Positions 47,380 through 61,130 of a stretch of 64,000 nucleotides of DNA are shown piece by piece. The notes beneath the pieces are model-generated. The model was not told the origin of the DNA. It saw only the letters and a program-made list of their open reading frames with translations, and did no database searches. The DNA lies in the NCBI GenBank assembly GCA_043228905.1, contig JBHGNT010000006.1, forward strand, positions 22,692,001 through 22,756,000, in the 5' to 3' direction. Each line of letters begins with the position of its first letter. Position 1 is the first letter of the stretch. Source of the stretch: Azolla caroliniana (taxonomy: Eukaryota > Plantae > Polypodiophyta). The translations under genes were made by a program, and so were the position numbers.

Positions 47380-48856
47380 CATTGCCGAAAATCTTCACGA
47401 CACCGGTAATGGCGTACCGGATGAGTTTCCGGATGTTGAACTCTTTAGAATTACAACACAAACCATGGTGGATAGTACAATTCCGGACGAGGACAAATGG
47501 CTAACGAACATGCATTAGTTCTTAAGCACGAGAGTACCTCCGGAAGAGATGAACAGAGACGAGCGGAAATGAGTGGCGGTCCAAAGCCGACATTTTTGTT
47601 TATTACAGGACACACTATACCACAAGGGAGCCGATGGAATATGGCGGAGAGCGGTCTGGAGCGATGAAAAGGATACCGTATTACGGGAAGCACATTGCGG
47701 AGTCACCGGAGGACACTATGCCAGTAACGTTATAGCAAGAAAGATATGGCGCAGGGGGCTATGGTGGCCAACAACGTTGAAAGATTCTGTCCAATACACG
47801 AAGGAATGTGATTTGTGTCAACGAATGGGCCAACCGACAGAACAAGCACGGATGCCTCACCAGCCGGTACTACCCTTGGAACCATTTCAAAAATGGGGGC
47901 TGGACTTCGTCGGACCATTCAAGCCACCAGCCATGCGAACCGGCAACAAATACGTTATTGCCGCTACGGATTACTACACCAAGTGGGTAGAGGCCAAGGT
48001 TTTGTGAGACAATACCGCAGCATCAACGGCAAAATTCCTTTACGAATACATCTGGTGCAGTTACGGATGTCCTATCGAATTAATTAGCGACCAAGGTGGA
48101 CACTTCCTCGGCCAAGTAGTGGAAAGCCTAACAACGTTCTATGCGGTAGACCACAACGCAACACTTTGTACTACCCGCAGGCCAATGAATTAGCTGAGTC
48201 CACCAATAAGACACTACAGAACATGCTCCGGAAGATCATCAATGAGAACCAGACTGATTGGGACACAAAGTTGCACAATGCATTATGGGCTTACCAGACA
48301 GCGTATAAAACGAGCATCAGGACAATACTATTCTGGTTGGCATTCGAACTAGATGCAGTGATGCCGATGGAATTTCAAGTACCAAGCTTACGGATACAGG
48401 TCTAGGAGCGAATGAGTGAAAAGGAATCAGAGAAAATCCGATTAGTGGCACTATGTGAGCTGGAAGAGCATCGGATAGCGAGTATCATGCAGTTGGAACT
48501 GGAGCAACGACAAAGGAAGGCATTCGTCGACCGGCACCATAAGAGCAATGAGAAGTTGTTTGGAATCGGCAAGCCGGTGCTCGTGTTTCAGACCCGGATG
48601 GGTAAGATGATGAGCAAGCTACGGTTCCGGTGGACCAGACCATACTAGATCACGCGAGAATTCAATGGTTCCTACAGTTAGGCACGCTTGCGGGCAAAGT
48701 ACTGGACAAATGGGTGAATGGGTTCCGGCTTAAACCCTATTACGGGCCCATGCCACCAAACCCGTTTCATCAGGTACAGACTGACGCAATAACCGGAAGT
48801 GGCAAGCAATTGGCCAACAACCAAGAAGAGCCAGTGTTACCGGACAACCAGGACTA
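47380..48856 (+). mobile_element. Athila/Tat-like (non-chromovirus) Gypsy integrase, pseudogenised
   Basis: [19 protein letters not shown]...WWPT...[37 protein letters not shown]; several stops. Confidence 0.9.
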
Positions 48857-49221
48857 ATGCTTAGTTATTACAAAAAATAAATAAATAAAAGAAAAAGAAA
48901 AAAAGAAAAGAAAAGTCATCATGCATAGGCAAGGAGCGAACGGGCACTTTGAAAAGGTGTGGGGTTGGTGGCTAATTAAAGCCTCTTTAAAAGCCCCCCA
49001 TGTGTCAACCGACTGCTATAATAGTACACGACGTGCATGCATGGGAATCAAGAAAAGGTGCCAAGAATGGAGAGATAAAACCTCTGCCTCACAGAGTCCC
49101 TTTCATTTCGCGAGAACAAACACTAAGCACACACAACCGATTAAGAGTAATCAGACGAACGCAAGAGGAACACACAGACCTACTAATTCTACCAAGTCCT
49201 ACAAACTCAAACGGCGAGATG

Positions 49222-50057
49222 TGTTGGGAGACAGATCCCTCCGGATGGGAAAGGGAGAAGAACAGTGTCGACGAACAATCTCGACCGACCAGTGCGGAGA
49301 GCCGGATGGTGCAGACCCGGTGAGAACCGGATGAGGAGTACCCGGCTACGGAGAGCCGGATGGTGCAGACCCGGTGAGAACCGGATTAGGAGTACTCGGC
49401 TATGGAGAGCCGGATGGTGCAGACCCGGTGAGAACCGGATGAGGAGTACCCGGCTACGGAGAGCCGGATGGTGCAGACCCGGTGAGAACCGGATGAGGAG
49501 CACCCGGCTACGGAGAGCCGGATGGTGCAGGCCCGGTGAGAACCGGATGAGGAGTACCCGGCTACGGAGAGCCGGATGGTGCAGACCCGGTGAGGAATGC
49601 TCACTGAATGAAGAGACATATTCGTAAATATGTTTCTGAGAGTCCATCGAGGCTATATTTGTAAATAGCCGAAAAGTCATATTAGTATAAATATGACTTA
49701 GGGCAAACTTATAGTAACTGTTGTTATTCTTGTCTGCGCGAGATTAGAGCGTGTAACTGTGTACAGAGACAGAGAGAGTGAGAGGAAGAGGTCGTTGCCT
49801 CTGTTGTAACCGCCACCTGTGGCGAAGATCGTGAGCACGAGGTCGTTGCCTCCGTGAACTCACTGTTGTACATTCTAGCATAGTGATAGTTTGCAGCCTG
49901 TGGGCTGCCGTGGTTTTTCCCTCTTTGGGCTTTCCACGTAAACATTCTGTGCACTTGTTTCTTCTTCGTGTCGTGTTTTATTTCCCGTTTGTCTATGTAT
50001 GATTCTAAGCTCGGTTGTGGCCGAGCGTTGCGCATAAGGAGCGTTGAGTTCCGGTCA
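49222..50057 (+). mobile_element. Solo LTR, Copia family A, with expanded U3 repeats
   Basis: TGTTGGGAGAC...CCGGTCA flanked by perfect TSD AGATG (49217-49221 / 50058-50062). Confidence 0.95.
49295..49594 (+). repeat. 54-bp tandem repeat x5.5 in LTR U3
   Basis: Units at 49295, 49349, 49403, 49457, 49511, 49565. Confidence 0.96.
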
Positions 50058-51723
50058 AGATGGAACACATGGCACACTCTAAAGAGGCCAAGAAATGGTT
50101 CAAGAAACACGGGCTGGAAGGGTTCCTTAGGATCATCGAGGCACCTCTGCATAACGAGGCGGAGAAAGTCATGCAAGAGATCAATACGGAGGTCATCACA
50201 TACGAAGCCATCCACGCCATGACCTGCCTACCAGAGGGCGGTTTATTCTCGATCAACAACCCTTCACCGGAGATGCTCACCAGGTTCTTCGGTGACTACT
50301 CTCTATCCAGCAAGGCGTACCGCACACAAGGCGGCGAGGACGCTCTATTCCGAGAGGTCACTCGTGTGCTTCATGAGTATAGGCATGTACACCCTCGACC
50401 CCCGGCTATGCCAAAGAATAGAGCCGGTTTTATTATATTGACTTATGAGGGAGTATAGGTAGATTGATCGGTGATCATCGTTGACTGTCTAAGCGTGCCC
50501 ATAGAATCAGTAAAGGATGGCAAGAAGATGTGGATGGCGGTGGCGCAATGGCTCACTCTTTTAGCACCGCCGGTAGAGCCGATGCAGCTGAGGAAGCAGG
50601 GGCGACCGACTGAATCAACCCCCAACCAATCCTCAAAACGGCAGCAACTACTGGCCAAACAAGTCCGGTAAGGGGACAGTATACCAAAGCCCCGCCCCAA
50701 GGAGCCACAACCAAGGAAGGAATCAGAACTAGTGTTAGTAGCACCTGTGCGGCAAGAAGTAGTGGAACCGGATGTTCTAAAACCGATGATTGAATTGTTG
50801 GTGTCGCCAACACAACAACAACAGGAAGAACAGGAACTGTTGCTAACCACCCAACACAAGTTCCCGGCGAGTGGGGATGCCACACCACGACCAGAACCGG
50901 CACGGCAACAAAGCACCGATAGCCAATGGTTAGAGTGGATAGGAGAACAAGTGGCTAGGGTGGTGTGACACATAGAAGTAGAGGAGAGAGCACACCTGGA
51001 CCGGTTGCTCGCCACAACCGACGAACTAGAGAAGGTACGGTCGTGAATCCGGAGCATGGAACAAGAAATGGAGAAAACGAGGGAAGAGGCGATTAAATTG
51101 GTTATCGAAGGACCAACAAAACAATTAGAACCGGTGGCACCGGTGAGTGTACAGACTAATAAGACCCCGGTGACTGAAACAGTCTTGGATACGAATAAGG
51201 CACAAGAACAAGAACTCGCCATGCTAAAAGAAGAATTGGAAGCCCAAGAGGCCTTAAGGGCTAGAGAGTGTGAAGGGAAGAAGGCGGCGGAGGAAGAGTA
51301 AAGGAAATTAACCGAAAGCCTCCGGCGAGTCGAAGAAAGCTTGTGTAAAGGTAATCAAGCATATGACCAGTTGAAGGAAGAAAAAGAAAAACTCTTGTAG
51401 GAAAAGGAAAAACTCCGGCACTCGGCGGAAGTAGAGATCGAGCGACTCAAAGAAGAGCTCTGACAACAAAAAGACTGGGAGGATCGTGCGCGCTTGGAGG
51501 CGGAACACAAGCAATTGATCATGGATAGTGATCTGTAGCAGGAGCAGTTATGAGAACTTCGGGATGAGGTTAATCGGACGGCAGCAGCTGTGGAGGAGGA
51601 ACGGTCGAAGGGGGCTGAAGCAGCGAAAAAACTGGCGGAAGCAGTGAAAGGACGGATGGAGCTGACCCGGCAACACTCTGAGGCAACAGAATGCGCTACA
51701 ATGGCTGTAAATAAAGTTCAGAC

Positions 51724-54700
51724 TGATGGGAAATAAACGAAACTTTCCAAACTTCACCTCTCGGCCACAACCAAGGAAACACACGAATCGTTGTTGCAGA
51801 AAATGGGAAATGCGAAAAATAGAGAGGACACACGATTTATCGTGGAAAACCCTGTACGGGAAAAACCACGGGAGTACAAGACTCCAAACCAACACTATGC
51901 ACAGAGAAGTATACAATGGCGAGCTGCAAGGCGACGACCTTGAGCTCGCTGTCCTCGCCACAGGCGGCGGAAATACACAGAGGCGTCGACCTCTTCCTCT
52001 CTCTCTCGCGCTCTATCTCTCTCACAGCTGCTCTCTCTTCACTCCTCTAGAGTGGAAAAACAGAAAAATGAATAGCAACCACAAAACTGTTTGCCCTAAG
52101 TCATATTTATACATATATGACTTTGGGGCTATTTACAACTATGGCCTCAGGGGCCCTTAGCAGACATATTCACGGATATGTCCCTGCATCCGGATCTCTC
52201 TCCGGGTACATTCGTCATCCGACTCCGAAGTCGGGGTCTTCATCATCCGGTTCCGAAACCGAAACCGGGCTGGTCGGCATTCATCTCCGATATCCAACCA
52301 TCCCATCCGAAGGGACCGTAATCCCAACAAACTCCCCCTTCACTTCGGCATGGGATGTCTTTCCAATCCGATCCTCTTCCGGCATGCTTCCAGCTTGTCG
52401 GGTGTGAGCACCTTGGTCAGCATATCCGACCCGTTCTCGTCCGTGTGGATCTTCGTCAGCACGAACTCCTTGTCTTTTATCCTTTCTCGGATCCAGTGAT
52501 ATCTTCGCTGGATGTGCTTCGTCCGGGAGTGATAGGCCGCGTTCTTCGCAAGGTGGATTGCACTCTGACTGTCGCAGTAGAGTCGGTACTCCTCCTGCCG
52601 GATACCGAGCTCTCTAATGAAGTCCTTCATCCATATTATTTCCTTGCCGGCTTCAACAGCTGCCATGTACTCCGCCTCCGTGGTTGACAACGCAACCGTC
52701 TTCTGCAGCCTCGACTGCCATGAAACAGCTCCCCCTGCATACGTCATCACATACCCTGATGTGGACCGGCTGGTATCTGCATCAGCCGACATATCCGAAT
52801 CGGTGAAGCCGTCGAGTTCGGGCTTACCGGAGCCGAATCGGAGGCACACGTTTGCCGTGCCCTTCAGGTATCGGAGTATCCACTTGACCGCGTTCCAATG
52901 CTCTTTGCCGGGATTGCTCATGTACCGGCTCACCACTCCGACTGCATATCCTATGTCCGGTCGGGTACACACCATCGCGTACATCAAGCTCCCGACGGCA
53001 GAGGCATATGGTACTTTCATCATGTCCTCCTTCTCAGCCTTTGTCTTGGGGCTTTGCTTGCTGGACAGCTTGCAGTTTGCCGGGAGTGTTGACCCGACCG
53101 GTCTTGCTTCCGACATGTTGAACCGGTGAAGCACCTTTGTCACGTACTTCTCCTGTGACAGCCACAACTGCTTCTTCTTCCGGTCCCGGATGATATGCAT
53201 CCCCAGTATTTGCCTCGCCGGACCCAGGTCCTTCATTGAGAAGGTTCGGTGAAGAGCCTTCTTCAGCATCCGTATCTTGACCTGGTCCCGTCCGACGATC
53301 AGCATGTCGTCCACGTACAGGAGGAGTATTAGAAAGTCTCCTCCTTCGAACTTCTTCACAAACACGCAGTGGTCGGACTGCGTTTTGAGGTACCCTTCGT
53401 CGGTCATGAAGGAGTCGAACTTCAGGTACCATTGCCGGGGAGCCTGCTTCAGTCCGTAAAGGCTCTTCTTCAACCGGCATACCAGGTGCTCCTTCCCTTT
53501 CTTCTCGAATCCTTCCGGTTGCTGCATGTAGATCTCTTCTTCGAGGTCACCGTGAAGGAATGCCGTCTTCACGTCCATCTGTTCTACCTCGAGGTCCATG
53601 CTTGCCGCTATGCTCAGCACCGTCCGGATGGAGGTCATCTTCACTACCGGGGCAAATATCTCGTCGAAGTCGACGCCCTTCTTCTGCTGAAACCCCTTCA
53701 CCACGATCCTGGCTTTGTATCTCGGGGGGTTTCCGGCATCTCCCGGTTTCAACTTGAACACCCAAGTGTTACGGAGTGCCCGTTTTCCTTTCGGCAGCTC
53801 CACAAGTTCATATGTGTGGTTCTCATGCAGGGAATCCATCTCCTCCTGCATGGCACTTAACCACCTGCGGCTATGGGTGTCATGCTTCGCTTCTTCAAAA
53901 CTCTCCGGCTCCCCTTCGTCGGTTAGCAGCACGTGCTCTGGTTCCGGAAATCTCCGGGGGGCCCTTCTCTCTCTTAGAGGATATCTCCGTTCCGGAGCTT
54001 CTGTAATCGGTTCTTCCGATTCTTCTTCATCCGAATCCATTTCGGGATCGGGGCCGGTTCCGGTATCATTTTCAACTTCTTCGGCCGGTTCTGTTTCTTC
54101 ATCGTCTTCGGCCGGATCCTCGAGTGCTAACCGGTCCCTTGCCGGTCGGGACTGCTCCTCGTAGAGTTTATCCTCACCGGTCGACTTGGAGCTCTTCATC
54201 TTCTTCTCCGACTCCCAGTCGGCGAGTGTCTTGTTCTCCATGAAGATGATATCACGACTCCGGAATATCTTCTTGTCGACCGGGTCCCATACTCGGTAGC
54301 CGAACTCGTCGTCGCCGTAACCGAGGAATATGCATGGCCGGGTCTTTGGATCTAGCTTTCCTCTCCGGTCCTTTGCCACATGCACGTATGCGAGACACCC
54401 GAACACCTTCAGATGCCGGTAGGACACTTCCTTACCGGTCCACACTCTCTGCGGCGTGTCTCCGTCCAAAGGTACTGAGGGTGATCTGTTTATCACGTAT
54501 GTCGCCGTCGACATTGCCTCAGCCCAAAACCCCTTGGGTAATTTCACATGCGCCAGCATACTCCGGACCCTCTCCATTATGGTCCGGTTCATCCTCTCGG
54601 CCAGCCCGTTCAGTTCCGGCGTCTTCGGCACAGTAAACTCGAGTCGGATTCCCTTCGAGCGACAGTACTCCTAGAACTGCCCCCGGTATTCCCCTCCGTT

Positions 54701-57043
54701 ATCCGCTCGTATCGCTTTCAGCTTCTTGCCGGATTCCCTTTCCACTCTCGCGTGAAGTTCTTTGAAGACGCACAACACTTGGTCCTTTGTCTTCAACGGT
54801 GCCGTCCATAGCTTCCGGCTGTGGTCATCAATGAATGTCACGAAGTACTGGGCTCCGCCATGTGACTTCGTTTCTACTTGACACACGTCAGTGTGCACCT
54901 GCTCCAATGGTGCGCTACGTCTCGTCGGTGGCCTTGAATGGAAGGAGGTTCGGTTCTGCTTACCGGTCAGGCAATCGGTGCACTTCTCTAGGTGCACATG
55001 CTTCACTGGAATAAGGTTGTCTTCTGCAAGCCTCTTCATCCCCTTCTCACTCATGTGGCACAGTCTTTTGTGCCACAGCTCACCGGCAGTGTCGGCTGCC
55101 ACATTCAGCTCTTCCGGACATAACCGGGCATTCATCAGGTACAGTGTGTTGTCTTTCCGGGCCCGAGCCACTATCAGGCTCCCCTTGCTGAACTTCATTA
55201 CGCCGTTCCGGATGCTACCTGTGTAGCCTTCATCGTCTAGCCTCCCGGCCGAAATCAGGTTCAATCGAACCTCCGGAACGTGTCGGACATCCTTCAGCAG
55301 CATTTTGCATCCGGTCGGGGTTGTCAACCACACGTCGCCGGCAATCCGGCACGTACCTTCATTTCCCATCCGAACACAGCCATGCTCACCGGCTGTGTAG
55401 GATGAGAAGTATCTTCTCTCCGGGGTCAGGTGGAACGATGCTCCGGAATCGACCACCCAGGTCGTCTCATCGCCGGCAATGTTTAGTTCACCTTCTTCGG
55501 TGATGAGCATGATTTCTTCCTCACTTGCCGCGAGTGCCGTTGTTCCTTTCCGGTCCTGCCCTCGCCGATCCGAACCTCTCCGGTCCGTGGCTCCCCGGTA
55601 TGCACCGTTTCTCTCCGGTGACTTCTTCGAATCGGCGTCGTCGGCTCCGTTGTCTTTTCGGTAATGCCGACAATTCTTTCGGAAGTGCCCCGGCTTCCCA
55701 CAGTGGAAGCATGTGGGCCTTCCTCTTGACTGCGACCGGGTCCCCGACTTCTCCCGTCTTTGCGGACTCCGGTTCCATTGTCTTCCCCGATCTGATTCGG
55801 TAAGCAGCGCCTTCGAGTCGGAGGCCGGTTCTTTGTCTCTCCGACGCGCTTCTTCGTTCAAAATACTTGTCTTTACCGTTTGTAAGGACAAGTTATCTTC
55901 GGTGCAGGAGGTGCTGAGAGTCACCACCAAGTTCTCCCAGCTTTCCGGCAATGTACACATCAGGATGATGGCTTGCATTGCATCCTCCAACGGGAACTTG
56001 ATCGCCGCAAGCTGATTCACGAATCCCATGAACGTGCTTACGTGTTCCACCATACTCTCGCCATCCCGGTACTTGAGATTCACTATCTTCCTCATCAGGA
56101 AGGTCCGGTTCAATGCATTCTTCCTCTCATAGAGGCCCGACAGCTTCCGCCACATCTCATATGCATTGGTGTCGTTCGCCACATGTTGTAGAACGCTCAC
56201 GTCTACGTATTGCCGAATGGTTGCAACGGCTTTCCGGTTCAGAAGCCTCCATTCCGACTCAAGTACCCCTTTCGGTATTTCCGACCTGTCAATCGGTTCG
56301 TACAGGTCCCGAACAATCAGAAGATCCTCCATCTTGATCTTCCAGTCGGCGTAATTCTGCGCATTCAGCACCATCATCCCCGGCTGCCCGCTGCCGCCGC
56401 CTTCCATTTTCTGCAGCAGTTCGCTCTGATACCAAATTGATGGGAAATAAACGAAACTTTCCAAACTTCACCTCTCGGCCACAACCAAGGAAACACACGA
56501 ATCGTTGTTGCAGAAAATGGGAAATGCGAAAAATAGAGAGGACACACGATTTATCGTGGAAAACCCTGTACGGGAAAAACCACGGGAGTACAAGACTCCA
56601 AACCAACACTATGCACAGAGAAGTATACAATGGCGAGCTGCAAGGCGACGACCTTGAGCTCGCTGTCCTCGCCACAGGCGGCGGAAATACACAGAGGCGT
56701 CGACCTCTTCCTCTCTCTCTCGCGCTCTATCTCTCTCACGGCTGCTCTCTCTTCACTCCTCTAGAGTGGAAAAACAGAAAAATGAATAGCAACCACAAAA
56801 CTGTTTGCCCTAAGTCATATTTATACATATATGACTTTGGGGCTATTTACAACTATGGCCTCAGGGGCCCTTAGCAGACATATTCACGGATATGTCCCTG
56901 CATCCGGATCTCTCTCCGGGTACATTCGTCATCCGACTCCGAAGTCGGGGTCTTCATCATCCGGTTCCGAAACCGAAACCGGGCTGGTCGGCATTCATCT
57001 CCGATATCCAACCATCCCATCCGAAGGGACCGTAATCCCAACA
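51724..57043 (-). mobile_element. Full-length Ty1/Copia (Tnt1/Tork-like, family A)
   Basis: 606-bp LTRs 51724-52329 and 56438-57043 (1 visible mismatch), TSD CAGAC, PBS TGGTATCAGAGC (tRNA-iMet) 56423-56434, PPT GAAGGGGGAG next to 52330. Confidence 0.98.
52340..56407 (-). pseudogene. gag-pol: Copia gag-pol polyprotein with one in-frame TAG at 54671-54673
   Basis: NYADWK, CFHCGKPGHFRKNC, WVVDSGAS, LWHKRLCH..CTDC, HTDV, ADNGGEY, YVDDML, STTEAEY, SDMLTK. Confidence 0.95.
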
Positions 57044-58109
57044 CAGACGACCTATCAGACACAGCTCATCCACTACAGAAGCCAAGAAGTGGCAATCACG
57101 AGCCTTATCAAACAATTGAAAGACGAAAAACAGGCCGAAGAAAATAAGTCGAAGATGGGGCTGGGCCGAATCCGTGATCTGGTGCGGACATGGTGAGACT
57201 AGTGGAAGAAAGTTCGGTTCAATGGTGGTCTCAATGGGCTAAACAGGCAGAGTGGAGTTACAATTGCTGAGAGCGGATGCGGAGAACCGGAGAAAGGACT
57301 ATGACAATTTCTATAAACTGGACGAAGAGAACATTGTAAACATAAGAGAGGAATTGTCGGACGACTTCCTATCGTTAGCCGGGGACCAATTGGCAGCGGT
57401 GAGACGATTGGTGGAACAGCTAGATGACGACCAGCTGGATACACAACTCCAGCTCGAGCGGTATGAATGAGAACGACGACGATAAGAAGTGGTCAGAAGA
57501 ACTACGACGATCAATATCAATGATGAGGAGCAGTCTTCGAAGCAGGCGCCGAATGCAACGGAATCTAGGGGAAGCCAACCGAACATAACTCTAGAGGAGG
57601 AGCCGAAAAATGGAAACCTACACACTCAACAGGAGGAGCCCAAACCAATAGAACCAGATGCGGAAGCCTCGGGACTGGTGGAACCAACGAGACCAGTGGA
57701 ACCAGAGAGACCAGTGGAACTAGAGAGACAGGTGGAATCGGAGAGACGAGAGGAGCAACAACAGGAGTAGCCGCAGGAGCAGCAACAGGAGCAGCTACTT
57801 GATGAGCCTTTAGAACCCTTAGAACAGAGCATTTTGGACATTTTGGAGGGAGATTGAAGGCGAACAGTGGGATTCGACGTACAAGGTACTATCCCACGGG
57901 CGTGCCATGTGTTGGCTGCCAAAGACTTAAACAGTCGGATAAAGTCCAGAATGGGAAAGGGATAATTTATCTATAATTATTATTATTTTGAGAAGCAAAC
58001 GGACGGACCCAGAATCGGTATGCCGATCTGGATCTGAACTAGTTCGTAGCCAGTTGTCGGTCGGCACCGGTTCGCACCCAGAGCCGGTGACCTATAAAAG
58101 AGTATGCTT

Positions 58110-61100
58110 GGGCGGCCTCGCACAATGATTAAACCCGTTGAGAACGGCAATCTTGGCGAGAGATACCCCTCCCTCGTTCTTCAACCTCCAATCAATGCTA
58201 TTGGTCGAAGAAAACCACGTTCAACCAAAGACCAACACATCGGAAGGACAAATGCTATTCTCCGATACGGATGGTGCCCATAGACGAGGTTGACGCGGAA
58301 GAGGTCAATTCGACCTATCCCACGAAGGGAATTCACAATTTCGGCAAGGAAACGGAAGCCATCGAGGAACCTTCACAAGAAGGGGGAGCTTCCATGCCGA
58401 ACAAGGTCGGCGAACGACACCACCTACGTGCAACTATTGCGGCAAAATCGGCCATCGCGAAGAGGAGTGCCGGAAAAGACGAAGCGAGTCTGCTTCAACA
58501 AGCCGGCAACTCACAAATTACGCCGCGAACGCGGAATACGCGGACTACGACGGACTCTTCGTGATGAGGCATAGAGCGAACTCTATGATGGCCTCCGATC
58601 CCGCAAACTCTGCAAGCATCTCCAACTCCGAACACTCGTGGTTCGTAGACTCCGGCGCCTCACACCACATGACGTCGCACCAAGAGTGGTTTCGCAACTG
58701 CGAACGCCGGATCGACCCGGCTACATAGAGACCGGAGACGACACTCCACATCCCATTCGGCACATCGGCGATGTCCCATTCGGGAAAGAAGGCGAGAAAA
58801 CTTGCATCAAGAATGTCCTGCACATGCCCACAATAACAAAGAATTTGTTCTCGGTTGGCCAAATCGTGGAGCAAGGCATGCAAGTCCGCTTCAACAATGA
58901 AGGTTACTTCATCGAGAAAGACGGCCGACTCATAGCCAAGGGACGGAGAGACGGTCGCTTGTTCATCCTCGACTCGAACGAGGTAAAATCGGCCATGTAC
59001 GCCAAAGGTCTCAAGACCGAGACAAACATCGAGTTGTGGCACAAGCGAATCGGCCACGTAAACCTCCAACAGCTTCGCGGAATGCAATCAAAGGGAGTCG
59101 TAATCGGACTTCCGGCCTTCGAATCAAAACGAGTTGACCGAATGTGCGAAGCATGCCAACTTGGCAAACAACATCGACTCCCATTCCCGAAGGAGATCTC
59201 CGCAAGCAAAGGCCTCCTTGACATAATCCACTCGGACGTATGGGGACCGGCTCAAACGCCGACGCTCGGCGGATGCCATTACTACATCACCTTCATCGAC
59301 GACCACTCGCGCTACGCGTGGATATACCCGATTAAGAAGAAGAGTGAAGTGCTCTCCCACTTTCAAAGGCTCAAAAGACAAGTGGAGAAAGAAACCGGTC
59401 GGCACATTTGATGCCTACGATCGGACGGAGGAAAGGAGTACTTCTCCGACGAGTTCACCTCCTACCTCCAAGGTGAAGGGATTCGTAGAGAATTCTCATG
59501 CCGACACACTCCCCAACAAAACGGAGTAGCCGAGAGAAAGAATCGGCAAATACTCGAGGTAGCACGCGCCATGATGCGTGAGAAGCACATGCTGAACTTC
59601 TATTGGGCGGAAGTGGCATCCACGGCCGTCTATCTCATGAATCGATGCACCACAAATAGCCTGCACGAGCTTACTCCATACGAGATCTTCCTTGGAAGAA
59701 AGCCCATCCTCTCGCACCTCAAGGTGTTCGGAAGCATTGCGAATGTACGCATCCCGAACGAAAGTCAAGAGAAGCCCGACGCGAAGTCAGAAGAATGTAT
59801 CCTCATAGGATACTTGTCCGCGAAAAAGGCGTACAAGTGCTTCAACCCTTCGACCCGAGCGGTGCGGATAAGTCGCGATGTCATTTTCGACGAATTGACA
59901 TCTTGGTATAAGCCCGATGCGACTCCATCCGACCCGATCGAGGAAGAGTTGAACGCCAACTCAGACGACGAAACTCGGCCAAGTCCTCCACCGAAGGACA
60001 ATCCAAGCTCTACCGAGCTAATTGGCCCACAAGAGCCTCCGCGCGATGAAAACACATCGCGGCCAAGTCCGACACCGGACAAAGGCAAAGGTAAGATGCC
60101 CAAATACGAAGTCGAGGTCCACCCCGACGACCATGATTCGGATGATTCGGCTCGCTCACTAGACAGTGAGTTCGGTGTACCCATCATGAGGACACCCGGA
60201 GTAAAGAAGGCGCTCACATCAACAAATGAGAAACTCCGCCGCTCATCACGAGCGAAAACCCAAGTCACTCGTTACGCCTACAACGAGTATATGGCCCATC
60301 ACTATGCCCTCGCGATGAAGGTAGTGGCCGAACAAGAGCCCGAGGATCCAAGCCTTCGTCACAGGCTTGAGGGGGAGAATAAGCCGCGAAGAGCCGTGCA
60401 ACAAAGCCGTGAAGAGCCGTGCAACAAAGCCGCGGAGAGCCGCGCAACGAGGCCGCGAAGACGCGGAGAACCGCGCAACGAAGCCGCGAAGACGCGAAGA
60501 AAGCCACGCAACAAAGCCGCGGAGAGCCGCGCAACGAACCCGCGAAGAGCCGTGCAACGAAGCCGCGAAGACGCGAAGAAAGCCATGCAATGCCGCGAAG
60601 AAAGCCGCATGCCGCACCGATGCCGACGAAGCCGAAGGAAGCTAAACCGGACGTTGGACACCTCACACTTGAGCTTGAGGGGGCATGTTGAGATATCAAG
60701 CTCAACTAGTTTAATCTAGTTAGTCAACACATGTAACTTAGTAGTTACCTAGATCGAATCTAGTTAATGTGTTGACCTTAAGCCTTTAAATAGGACCTTG
60801 TACTTAAGTAGGATATTCTAGATCCTCCACTCCTTAGTACATTTAATGTAGGACTTACACATAAGTACCTATGTTCTACCCACACATGTGCACCTTTGCA
60901 CATGGGTTGTATATATACCTCATTGTGGGTATTTTTGTATGTTGATGACACTTTTCAATATAGTCAATCATCCCCCATTTATCTTTGTGTTCAAGTGTAA
61001 CTTCCTCTCTCTCTCTCTCTCTCTTCCTCTCACACACTCTCACGCACATATCATACTAATCTTCCATTGCTTAACGTAACCATATAATTAGTCTCTAATT

Positions 61101-61130
61101 AACCCTAGTTAATTACCTAACTACTTAACA
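58110..61130 (+). mobile_element. Copia family B element, 5'-truncated and lacking RT/RNase H; 3' LTR 60686-61130
   Basis: CNYCGKIGHREEEC, WFVDSGASHHMT, LWHKRIGH, HSDVWGP, SDGGKEY; ...EQEPE joined directly to pol-end DPSLRH; PPT GAGGGGGCA then TGTTGAGA...TTAACA. Confidence 0.85.
60380..60640. repeat. GC-rich ~21-23-bp degenerate tandem repeats (AAGCCGCGAAGAGCCGTGCAAC) in Copia 3' UTR
   Basis: About 10 variant units directly visible. Confidence 0.85.

Larger units (their letters stand above)
49207..57857 (+). pseudogene. Extra sense ORF downstream of pol (coiled-coil rich), split by a solo LTR and a full Copia
   Basis: KKWFKKHGLEGFLRI...FREVTRVLHE...MPKNRAG, long EEK/EQ-rich stretches at 51050-51720 and 57050-57480, ends ILDILEGD*; both insertions have TSDs. 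Confidence 0.65.

Noticed and set aside
54671-54673. Programmed stop-codon readthrough in the Copia polyprotein
   Set aside because: Lies inside the integrase core, lacks a CARYYA context, and the sister copy has a sense codon
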